NCBI GenBank assembly: GCA_965223705.1
Contig: OZ245015.1
Span: 1,410,582 to 1,474,581 of the forward strand
Reading direction: 5' to 3'
DNA length: 64,000 nucleotides
Source: Myxococcota bacterium
GTDB taxonomy: Bacteria; Myxococcota_A; UBA9160; UBA6930
This document shows positions 7,553 to 15,520 of the stretch, one piece after another. A program made the translations under genes and the position numbers. The notes beneath the pieces were generated by a model, which worked only from the letters and a program-made list of their open reading frames with translations, made no database searches and was not told the DNA's origin. Position 1 is the stretch's first letter; each line of letters starts with the position of its first letter.

Positions 7553-8043
7553 TCCCACCGCTACGTCCTTTCGGACTCCGCTTGCATCACGACGGTCGTT
7601 GGACCCACGAGGGCCATCCGATCTTGAACCGCAAGCTTCGCGAAGCGTTCGATCGCGGCGTCGCTTACGCACCGGACGAGGACGTATTCGTCGTCACGTT
7701 GGGGCACTACCGCGGCCAAATCGAGGTCGAAGAAGCTGCGTTCTTCGTGCGCAGCATCGACCTCGAACGCGGAACGGTCACGCTTTCCGACGGAAGTGAA
7801 GAAGCGCTCGACCCGGGGACGCTCGGGTTGTCGGAGCGCGACGGAGCCTTACTCGCCAGTGTCGCGAGACCCGGGACGGACCGTCGCGTCCTCGCGCGCT
7901 TTGACGCCGGAGCGCACGCCGAACTCTTGCTGGCGGTGGAGCCAACCGGCGAGGGATTCGAAATCGCGCTGGGCGGCCGTCGCTACTCGCTCCCCGACGC
8001 GCTCACGCGCGAGGCTTCCGAGAGTCCCAGCGGCCGATTGTGA
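7540..8043 (+). CDS. DUF1285-like protein
   Basis: LRLHHDGRWTHEGHPILNRKLREAFDRGV...FVVTLGHYRGQIEVEEAAFFV resembles the DUF1285 pattern (DG.W.H.G..I.r..L..lF). It overlaps the nuoD 3' end by 13 nt. Confidence 0.5.
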   Translation: MRSIIPPLRPFGLRLHHDGRWTHEGHPILNRKLREAFDRGVAYAPDEDVFVVTLGHYRGQIEVEEAAFFVRSIDLERGTVTLSDGSEEALDPGTLGLSERDGALLASVARPGTDRRVLARFDAGAHAELLLAVEPTGEGFEIALGGRRYSLPDALTREASESPSGRL

Positions 8044-10133
8044 TAGCGCATGTACTTGACGGTCTCGTACGTGGCGAAGGTCTGGGCGGATAGCTCCGCC
8101 GCCACTTCGGGCTCGGCGGCGACTAGGTTGTCGCGCGCGTTCTCACTGTAGATGCGATGCAGCGAAGGCTTCGTTCCGTCGTGCTGGACGGTGAAGTAAT
8201 ACTCGTCCGTCACGAGACCGAGCAGCGGACCGTGCCCTTGGCCGGTGATGGTGAACGCGTACCGCGGCCCCCTCTCGGGCTCGAGCAAGCTCTGACCGAG
8301 TGTTGTCGCGATACCTCCCACGCCGGCCAAGTCGACCAGCGTCGGCATGAGGTCGACCGTGCTTCCGATGCGGTCGCTTTCGCCGGGCGCGATCCATTTG
8401 GGCCCGTATAAAACGAGGGGCACGTGGTAGCGCGTGAGTCGAAGCTGATCTTCTCCCGCCGGCCGATGTCGTGTCGACGCCGGCGATCCGTGATCGCCAA
8501 AGAACGCAAAGATCGTGTCGTCGAAATACCCTTCACGGCGCGCGGCTTCGAAGAACCAGCCCAGGCTGTGGTCCATCAGTCGCATCCCGTCGTACTCCGC
8601 GACGGTGTCGAAACCGTGGGGAACGACTTCGGAATCCGTCAGGTTCGAAGGTTCGAAACCTCGGCTGTCTTCGGGGATCGTAAACGGCTTGTGGTTTCCC
8701 GCGGTGTGGATGAAGGCGACGAAAGGTTCTTCGGTTTCGCGCAGGACGCGATTCGCCTCTTCGAACAAGTGGAGGTCGCTGATCCCCCACACATCGACGC
8801 GGGGCGAGCTGTAATCGCCTTCTTCGTAGATACGGGCGCCCGGGATGTTGTGTTGGAGGAGCGCCCGAATGTTCGCCCAGCTCGCGCTCCCGCCCAAGAA
8901 ATAGAATTTCTCGTACCCGCGAAACGCGTTGTAGAGGGTGTGTTGCTCGACGATCAAGGGGTTTCGGGTGGAGGTCTTCGAGGGTTCGACGTCCGGTAGC
9001 CCGGTGAACGCTGCGAACACAGCTCGCGCCGTCCCACCGTGGGGCGCGTAGAATCGTCGGAACAGCATGCCGTCTCGCGCGATGGCATCGAGGTTCGGCG
9101 AGGGATCGAGTGCGTTGCCGGAGAAGCCGGTCTTGTAGTACGCGAGGGATTCGAGCAACACGATGACGACGTTCGGCTTGCCTTCGCGCTGCCCGCTCGA
9201 TTCGACTGGACGCCGGTAGTTGAGCTCGGAAGCGTCGCGGCCGGGAACCTCCAGGTAGCCCGACATCCGCGGGTACATCGCTCGTGCGGTGTCGACGTCG
9301 AATTCGACGGTTCGATTCTTCACCGTGTCGAGGAAATAGAGCGCGGGGTTCAGGGCGACGGCGGAAGCGAACTCGTGCGTTGAGAAGAACGCGTCGCTCC
9401 AACGCAGCGGATAGTAGGAGAGCTTGCCGTAGATCCCGCCGGCGAAGATGAGCACGCCCAGAGCGGCCGCTGTGAGCTGCGCATTGCGGCTCGCTCGCGC
9501 CGCACCGGCCACGGGAAGGGTTCGCTTGAGGAGGACGACGTAGAGACCCGTGAGAGCTGCGACGCCCAGCAGTGCAGGCACTACGGGGTAGCTCTCCCAA
9601 AGCACGCCGAAGCTCTCGCGCGGGTTGTGGAGAAAGCGGAGTGAGGACGCATCGAGGCGCGCAGCGAGATAGCCGTAGTGACCCAGGTCGAAACCGTGGA
9701 CAAGGGTGAGCAGCACCGTCGCCACCGCGAGATAAGCGATCGACCAAGTTCGCGGTCGTCCCGGGTGCGCGGGGTTCCAGCGCGGAACTGCGCCGATGAG
9801 CGCCAACGGAACGTGGATGCACAACAACAAGCGGAGGTCGAATTTCGCCCCGATGTAGAACGCCTCGAGGATGGAACGGCCGGGTGCGGGATCGAGCGGG
9901 TCGCGGAAGATCCACCAGAACGCCGCGCGGAAGAGGCCGAGCAGGATCCACTGGATCAAGAGGCTCGTCGCGAGAAAGCGGAGGAGGGATGTCACGATGT
10001 GAGGACGCGGAACGCTAGGGAAGCGCCTCGGCGCTGGCGTAGCGCCGCTCGTAGTCGAGGACCATGCGTCCACGCTCATCGTTCCTGCCGAAGCTTCCGA
10101 GTCCCGAACGCCAGAACGCGGATTGGCGCGCAT
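7983..10133 (-). CDS. LTA synthase / phosphoglycerol-transferase family membrane sulfatase-fold enzyme
   Basis: N-terminal TM helices are followed by a sulfatase-fold domain (KPNVVIVLLESL, GGTARAVFAAFTG, HTAGNHKPF, FFGDHG). The start is uncertain: alternatives are ATG 10079 and GTG 9995, and the longest form overlaps the upstream gene. Confidence 0.75.
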   Translation of the reverse strand: MRANPRSGVRDSEASAGTMSVDAWSSTTSGATPAPRRFPSVPRPHIVTSLLRFLATSLLIQWILLGLFRAAFWWIFRDPLDPAPGRSILEAFYIGAKFDLRLLLCIHVPLALIGAVPRWNPAHPGRPRTWSIAYLAVATVLLTLVHGFDLGHYGYLAARLDASSLRFLHNPRESFGVLWESYPVVPALLGVAALTGLYVVLLKRTLPVAGAARASRNAQLTAAALGVLIFAGGIYGKLSYYPLRWSDAFFSTHEFASAVALNPALYFLDTVKNRTVEFDVDTARAMYPRMSGYLEVPGRDASELNYRRPVESSGQREGKPNVVIVLLESLAYYKTGFSGNALDPSPNLDAIARDGMLFRRFYAPHGGTARAVFAAFTGLPDVEPSKTSTRNPLIVEQHTLYNAFRGYEKFYFLGGSASWANIRALLQHNIPGARIYEEGDYSSPRVDVWGISDLHLFEEANRVLRETEEPFVAFIHTAGNHKPFTIPEDSRGFEPSNLTDSEVVPHGFDTVAEYDGMRLMDHSLGWFFEAARREGYFDDTIFAFFGDHGSPASTRHRPAGEDQLRLTRYHVPLVLYGPKWIAPGESDRIGSTVDLMPTLVDLAGVGGIATTLGQSLLEPERGPRYAFTITGQGHGPLLGLVTDEYYFTVQHDGTKPSLHRIYSENARDNLVAAEPEVAAELSAQTFATYETVKYMRYHNRPLGLSEASRVSASGSE

Positions 10134-10617
10134 CTTCCGGGGACCAGCCTTCGAACTCGATGCGATAGAACGCCTCGAACAGGGACGAGCGTCCGACCCC
10201 GTGCTTGCAGTGGATCAGGACCGGCCAGTTGTCCTCGTCCCGCAGTTCGGCCATCACTTCGTCGACGATTTCCGGTTCCGGCGTGATGCCCGACGGGATG
10301 CTCAAGTGGCGGATTCCCGCGCCTTCCAGCGCTTCGCGTTCGCGCCGGACGTCGTCTCGCGGCGTCCGGAGATCGATTACCGTCCGGATCCCGTATTCGC
10401 GGGCCTTCGAAACGACCCGGTCCGGAGACATCGACGCGGAGCGGTAGAGCCGACCTTCGGCAACAGTGAGGAAGCGCTGCTCGACCTGGACCCAGTACTG
10501 ATAGGGTGCCGCGATGAGGGCCAAGGCCAAGCCGGCCCACTTGAGGCGCCGGAACCAGGGTGAGCGGCGGGCGACCTGCCATCGGTCCGAAAGAGATCGG
10601 GGGGGTGTTTCCGTCAC
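10015..10617 (-). CDS. membrane-anchored Cys-based (PTP/dual-specificity-like) phosphatase
   Basis: An N-terminal TM helix (LKWAGLALALIAAPYQYW) is followed by the catalytic loop LIHCKHGVGRSS, which fits HCxxGxxR(S/T). Confidence 0.7.
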   Translation of the reverse strand: MTETPPRSLSDRWQVARRSPWFRRLKWAGLALALIAAPYQYWVQVEQRFLTVAEGRLYRSASMSPDRVVSKAREYGIRTVIDLRTPRDDVRREREALEGAGIRHLSIPSGITPEPEIVDEVMAELRDEDNWPVLIHCKHGVGRSSLFEAFYRIEFEGWSPEDARQSAFWRSGLGSFGRNDERGRMVLDYERRYASAEALP

Positions 10618-10681
10618 GTTTTGCCTCTTCTTCGCAGGTTCGAGGGGTCGGAGCTTTCTAGCATCTCACAGGGGCAGAGGG

Positions 10682-11056
10682 CTACGCGAAGCTTCGGCCG
10701 AGCGCTGCGCCGGCGAAGACCGCCAAAAGGCCCAAGCCGAGATTGCCCACACCGTTGGCGGCCGCCAAACCGGGGTAGCCCGCTTCGAGCAGTCGGAAGG
10801 TGTCGAGTCCAAAAGCCGAGAACGTAGTGAGACCCCCAAGCAACCCGCCCTGGAGGGCCGCTCGCGTCGCCGGAGCCAGAGCGAACCGCGCGTCGGCGGT
10901 CGCCGCGAGCACCCCGATCGCGAAGCAACCCACGGTGTTCACCACGAGCACTCCCCAGGGGAAGGTGCCTTGCGCCCGAAATGCGAGCCCTTCGATCACT
11001 GCGATGCGAGCCACCGCGCCGATTCCGCCCGCCAGAAAGATCCACCACCAAGTCAC
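10682..11056 (-). CDS. crcB: fluoride ion channel CrcB/FluC
   Basis: 124 aa with 4 TM helices. MTWWWIFLAGGIGAVAR...GTFPWGVLVVNTVGCF...GLLGGLTTFSAF is the typical CrcB pattern. Confidence 0.85.
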   Translation of the reverse strand: MTWWWIFLAGGIGAVARIAVIEGLAFRAQGTFPWGVLVVNTVGCFAIGVLAATADARFALAPATRAALQGGLLGGLTTFSAFGLDTFRLLEAGYPGLAAANGVGNLGLGLLAVFAGAALGRSFA

Positions 11057-11114
11057 CGCCCGAACCTAGCCCGATTGACGGGGACGTTCCCCCGCGTTAA
11101 CCACGCCCATCTTC

Positions 11115-11188
11115 GGCGCCGTAGCCAAGTGGTAAGGCACGGGACTGCAAATCCCTGATCCCCGGTTCAAATCCGGGCGGCGCCTCCA
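11115..11188 (+). tRNA. tRNA-Cys (GCA)
   Basis: Hand-folded cloverleaf. The acceptor stem is GGCGCCG/CGGCGCC, the anticodon loop is CUGCAAA and the T arm is CCCGG-TTCAAAT-CCGGG. The 3' CCA is encoded. There is one C-U mismatch at positions 27:43. Confidence 0.85.
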
Positions 11189-11327
11189 ACCGCGCTCCCA
11201 CGAACATGTTCTGCAACGAATCCGAGAGCGTCGGAGCGAACGCCTGCGCCCCGGCTCGCGTTGCGTAGCTGTGTAGAGGGCTAAACGCTACGAACGCTTG
11301 CCGGGGTGAGAGGAAGGGGAGTGGCTG

Positions 11328-11637
11328 GTGGTCTTCGAGGCGAGCGGCCTGACGATCGATTCGTTCGAGACCGTCACGCCGGGCGGGGCAGACTGCGACG
11401 GTCTCAGTACGGCACTTGGGTTCGACGCTCAGTGCGCGTTAATGCCGCTCGTGTCGAGTGCCGTCGTGGCTCGGGTGACGCTGACGGCGACGAACGTCGG
11501 CGGGACGCTGTCGCCTGCGGGTGGCGACGTGACCGACTTCGACACGCTCGAAGTCCTCGCGTTCGGCCGGAGCCTCCGCGTTTTCCGCCTCCGCGGTGCC
11601 GCGCTAGCGTCGGCTCCTGACACGAGGGAGCACCGCT
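11328..11637 (+). pseudogene. orphan coding-like segment (possible gene remnant) next to tRNA-Cys
   Basis: GTG 11328 follows GGAAGGGGAG. About 85 codons have G/C-rich third positions and a non-junk translation (MVFEASGLTIDSFETVTPGG...FDTLEVLAFG). The frame has no stop until 11876, deep inside the cupin gene. No family was recognised. Confidence 0.2.
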
Positions 11638-12003
11638 ATGGGCACGCGACGCCACTACCGCTGGGAAGACCTTCCGAAAGAGGAGCTCAGCCCCGAGATC
11701 GATCGTCGGCTGATCACGGGCGACGACCTGATGCTGGCCCACGTCTATCTCAAGAAAGGAGCGCTGGTTCCCCAGCATCAGCACGAGAACGAGCAGGTGA
11801 CCTACATCCTCGAGGGAGCGCTCCAGTTCTTCCTCGGCGCCGACGAGTCCGAGGTCGTGACCGTTTCCGCGGGTGAGGTGCTGCACATTCCGAGCAACCA
11901 GCCGCACAAAGCGATCGCTCTCGAAGACACGCTCGACGTCGATATTTTTACACCGCCGCGCCAGGACTGGCTGGACGGCACCGACGACTATCTCCGGCGT
12001 TAG
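11638..12003 (+). CDS. cupin domain protein
   Basis: Both cupin motifs are present: GALVPQHQHENEQVTYILEG and GEVLHIPSNQPHKA. Confidence 0.8.
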   Translation: MGTRRHYRWEDLPKEELSPEIDRRLITGDDLMLAHVYLKKGALVPQHQHENEQVTYILEGALQFFLGADESEVVTVSAGEVLHIPSNQPHKAIALEDTLDVDIFTPPRQDWLDGTDDYLRR

Positions 12004-12015
12004 GGAGGGCTCGCA

Positions 12016-13002
12016 GTGATGATGTCTCTCGCGCGATGGTTGACGATCTTGGCGGCTTTGTTTGCGACGGGTTCACTTGCCGACGAAGTGGAAGCTCCGT
12101 GGAAGTGGACCGAAGACGAGATGCGGGAGCGCATCGGTCGCGTACGGGCCGGGCGCGACTTGACGCCACCGTCTTGGCCCGGTGGAGCACGCGTCGCGGT
12201 GGGCCTCTCGTTCGACGTCGATACCGAGCCGGTATGGATCGGGATGGTCGGCCAACTGACGCCTTCCTATATGTCGCGCGGCGAGTACGGTTCCCGCGCC
12301 GGCTTCCGCAGGGTGATGGAGCTCCTCGACGAGGAGAAGATCGACGCGACGTTCTTCATTCCGGCCGCGACCTACATGCTGCACCAAAACGTGGCGGACG
12401 CGCTCAAAGCGCGAACCCGGCACGAAGTGGGGTTTCACTCATTCATTCACGAGAACCCGCTGAAGCTCGACGCCGCAGAAGAGCGCGCCGTCTACGAGAA
12501 AGCCATCGATTACGTAACGAAGGCCGTGGGCCGCCGGCCGGTGGGTTTCCGGTCCGCGGCGTGGGACTTGTCCGGAGCGACGGTCGATATCGTTCGCGAT
12601 CTGGGGTTCCTATACGACAGCAGCTTGATGGCGGACGACTCGCCCTACGAGCTCATCGTCGACGGGAAAGAAACTTCCTTGGTCGAGCTCCCGGTGGAGT
12701 GGATACTCGACGACTGGCCCTATTTTCAGTTGGCGTGGTCGGCGAACCTCCACGGACTGCGCAATCCGGACGATGTCTATGCGATCTGGAAGTCCGAGTT
12801 CGATGAGGCCTACAAAGAGGGCGGGACGTTCATCCTGACGATGCACCCACAGGTGATCGGCCATCGGCACCGGATGGCAATGCTGCGACGCTTGGTTACT
12901 TATATGAAGGGCCGCGAAGGCGTGTGGTTCGCGACCCATGAAGCCATCGTGCGACACGCGCTCGCGGAAGATGCGAAAAAGACGGCTGGGGGAGGAGATT
13001 GA
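12016..13002 (+). CDS. secreted polysaccharide deacetylase (NodB-homology) family protein
   Basis: Signal-peptide-like N-terminus (LARWLTILAALFATGSLA). NodB-type motifs VGLSFDVDTE and GFHSFIHENP are present. Confidence 0.7.
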   Translation: MMMSLARWLTILAALFATGSLADEVEAPWKWTEDEMRERIGRVRAGRDLTPPSWPGGARVAVGLSFDVDTEPVWIGMVGQLTPSYMSRGEYGSRAGFRRVMELLDEEKIDATFFIPAATYMLHQNVADALKARTRHEVGFHSFIHENPLKLDAAEERAVYEKAIDYVTKAVGRRPVGFRSAAWDLSGATVDIVRDLGFLYDSSLMADDSPYELIVDGKETSLVELPVEWILDDWPYFQLAWSANLHGLRNPDDVYAIWKSEFDEAYKEGGTFILTMHPQVIGHRHRMAMLRRLVTYMKGREGVWFATHEAIVRHALAEDAKKTAGGGD

Positions 13003-13868
13003 TCATGGGCTCTTATCGACACGTCGCCGCGTTGGGGCTCGCGTTCGTCGTTCTGGTGTTCGCCGGTGCGACACGTGCGGAGTCTCCGGCGGGGATGAAG
13101 CTCTATCAAGTGAAGAGCGGCAACCTCGAGCTCGACAAAGGCCTCCTCACGGCGAATCGCGACCCGGGCAAGCGGATCAAAGTGCCCGTCGCGATGTACA
13201 TCATCGAGCATCCACGGGGCGTCGTCGTGTTCGATACGGGGAACGCCGACGACGTTTCCGACGGAAACTGCGCCTCCTACTGGGGTGCCAGCATTTGCAA
13301 CGGCTTGATTCCCGACCAAACCCGCGATCAGGTCATCGATCGTTGGCTCGCCAAGTTCGGATACAAGGTCGAGCAAGTGACTCACGTCGTGTACTCGCAC
13401 TTTCATCTCGATCACGCCGGCAACATCGAGCTCTTCCCGAACGCCACCCATGTCGTGCAGAAAGAAGAACTCAAGGCGGCCTGGTGGCCGGAGAAGTGGC
13501 AAGCCGGCGCTTTCGTGATGAAGGATTACGACGAGAGTCGGGACTTCAACTTTCTCGAGCTGAGCGGAGATTTCGATCTCTTCGCCGACGGCTCGATCGT
13601 GGTGCTCGATACGAAGGGGCACACCCAGGGTCATCAGTCACTCTTGGTACGACTTCCCAAGACGGGGAGTCTCGTTCTCGCCGCGGACGCCGTCTACACC
13701 CCGGAGAACGAAGCGGGTGTCATCCCGGGAATCTCGTGGAACACGTTCGAATCGATGGAATCGATCAATCGGTTGAAGCGAATCCGCGACGCAGAGGGCG
13801 GGGAGCTCTGGTACAGCCATCACATGCCCCAGTACGACGCCCACAAGCACGACGCGCCGTACGAATAG
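12999..13868 (+). CDS. secreted MBL-fold hydrolase, N-acyl-homoserine-lactonase-like
   Basis: Signal-peptide-like N-terminus (ALGLAFVVLVFAGATRAES). It has the metallo-beta-lactamase motif YSHFHLDHAGN and later TKGHTQGH. The start may be ATG 13005. Confidence 0.7.
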   Translation: MIMGSYRHVAALGLAFVVLVFAGATRAESPAGMKLYQVKSGNLELDKGLLTANRDPGKRIKVPVAMYIIEHPRGVVVFDTGNADDVSDGNCASYWGASICNGLIPDQTRDQVIDRWLAKFGYKVEQVTHVVYSHFHLDHAGNIELFPNATHVVQKEELKAAWWPEKWQAGAFVMKDYDESRDFNFLELSGDFDLFADGSIVVLDTKGHTQGHQSLLVRLPKTGSLVLAADAVYTPENEAGVIPGISWNTFESMESINRLKRIRDAEGGELWYSHHMPQYDAHKHDAPYE

Positions 13869-13898
13869 TCACGCGCTGACGCGCGCCGCAGACCCCCG

Positions 13899-14810
13899 AT
13901 GTCCCTCGAGCTAACCGGCGTCGAGAAAAACTTCGGCGCCGAGCCGGTGCTGCGGGGCGTGTCGTTGCGTGTCGAAGCCGGCGAACTGACGGCGCTACTC
14001 GGCGCAAACGGCAGCGGAAAAACGACGACGCTCCGAATCGCGGCGGGTTTCCTGCACCCCGATACCGGCACGGTGCGCATCGACGGAGAGGAGCTCGCTT
14101 CACATCCCGAGCTTGCGGCACGGATCGGCTACTTGCCCGAGCGCCCGCCTCTCTACGACGCGTTGACGGTGAAGGCGTTTCTGCGCTTCGTCGCGCGGGC
14201 AAAGTCCGTCCCCGCCGCCAAGCAGCGCAGCGCGATCTCCAAGGTCGCTGAGGCTTGCGCGCTCGGTCCCCTGCTGGCGAAACGCATCGGACGCTTGTCG
14301 AAAGGGCAGCGACAGCGGGTCGGGCTGGCCCAAGCACTCCTCGCAGATCCGGCGGTGCTGCTTCTCGACGAAGCGACCAGCGGGCTCGATCCGCTCCAGG
14401 TTCACGAAGCGCGCGCCACGATTCGCGACGACAGTGAAAAGCGCGCGACACTCTTTAGCACCCACCTCCTCGGTGAGGCCGCGGCACTTTGCTCGCGCGT
14501 CCTGGTGCTCGACAGAGGTCGCATCGCGGCTTCCCACGAGATCGGCAGCGATCGGCCATCATGGTTCGTTGCGCTGCGCGGCGTGACGCCGGAGCGCGCC
14601 GAGGCGCTGTTGCGGGAAGTTCCGGGCGTCACGGGGGTCGAATCGGTCGAGGCCGCCGCACTCGCTTTCCGTTGTGAGGCGAGGCCAGGAGAGGACGTCG
14701 CGGCGGCGCTGGCAACGGCCGTCACGGCACGAGCCGAGCTGCTCGAGTTGCGGCCGGCTCGCATCAACCTGGAGGAGGTCTTCGAACGCGCCACCGCGGG
14801 CTCCCCATGA
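13899..14810 (+). CDS. ABC transporter ATP-binding protein (ABC-2 / GldA-like)
   Basis: Walker A is GANGSGKTT, the ABC signature is LSKGQRQR and Walker B is LLLDEATSGLD. Confidence 0.9.
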   Translation: MSLELTGVEKNFGAEPVLRGVSLRVEAGELTALLGANGSGKTTTLRIAAGFLHPDTGTVRIDGEELASHPELAARIGYLPERPPLYDALTVKAFLRFVARAKSVPAAKQRSAISKVAEACALGPLLAKRIGRLSKGQRQRVGLAQALLADPAVLLLDEATSGLDPLQVHEARATIRDDSEKRATLFSTHLLGEAAALCSRVLVLDRGRIAASHEIGSDRPSWFVALRGVTPERAEALLREVPGVTGVESVEAAALAFRCEARPGEDVAAALATAVTARAELLELRPARINLEEVFERATAGSP

Positions 14811-15520
14811 GGCGCGTTGCTGCGCTCCTCGGCAAGGAGCTCCTCCACGTCTTCGCGACGCCCATCGCATACGTCGTCGTCGCCACGTTCTGGGTCGCGG
14901 CCGGCTATTTCTTCAGCTTCGGCGTCTTCTTCGTCCGGACGCCGCACATGGTCGGGAGCTTTCACAACATGAGCATCTTGTTGTTGCTCATGGCACCGCT
15001 CCTGACCATGCGCGCTTTCGCCGAGGAGCGACGCAACGGGACCCTCGAACTCCTCTTGACCCTTCCGCTCGGCGAGGCGCGTCTCGTGTTGGCGAAGTTT
15101 CTCGCCGCCGAGGCGCTCCTCTTCCTCATGATCGCGGGGACCGGTGCCGCGGTCGTTCCTCTTGTCGCCTTCGGTAAACCCGATCTGGGCCCGATCTTGG
15201 GCGGGTACCTCGGTGTGTTCGGTCTCGGAACGTGTTTCGTGGCGATCGGTGTCGCCGCTTCGAGCTTGACGGCAAATCAAGTCGTCGCCGCCGTCGCGTC
15301 CTGGGGCGTGTTGCTCTCACTCTGGTTCGTCGACTACGTGGCGCAGCTCGGTCTCGAGGGACCGGTGACAACCCTTGCGCGCCACCTGTCTCTGTCGCTC
15401 CACTACCGCGACCTCATCCGGGGCGTGCTTCCACTGGCGACTTTCGTCTACCTCGCGACGCTCACTGTCGGCGCGTTGCTACTCGCGACCCAGGTCCTTC
15501 GCGTGAGGAGGCTCTCGTGA
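14807..15520 (+). CDS. ABC-2 type transporter permease (GldF-like)
   Basis: A polytopic membrane ORF of 237 aa. It overlaps the ATPase stop by 4 nt, and its own stop overlaps the next start (GTGA). Confidence 0.8.
   Translation: MRRVAALLGKELLHVFATPIAYVVVATFWVAAGYFFSFGVFFVRTPHMVGSFHNMSILLLLMAPLLTMRAFAEERRNGTLELLLTLPLGEARLVLAKFLAAEALLFLMIAGTGAAVVPLVAFGKPDLGPILGGYLGVFGLGTCFVAIGVAASSLTANQVVAAVASWGVLLSLWFVDYVAQLGLEGPVTTLARHLSLSLHYRDLIRGVLPLATFVYLATLTVGALLLATQVLRVRRLS

Noticed and set aside
11057-11114. Possible fluoride riboswitch upstream of crcB (minus strand). The region reads GAAGAUGGGCGUGGUUAACGCGGGGGAACGUCCCCGUCAAUCGGGCUAGG.
   Set aside because: The resemblance to the crcB motif is only loose (a GAUG, an AACGC and a central hairpin). 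The expected 3' CUGAUGAU..CCUAC and the pseudoknot complementarity are not evident. The leader is only 58 nt, and a full-length element would have to run into tRNA-Cys on the other strand. An Rfam RF01734 scan would settle it.
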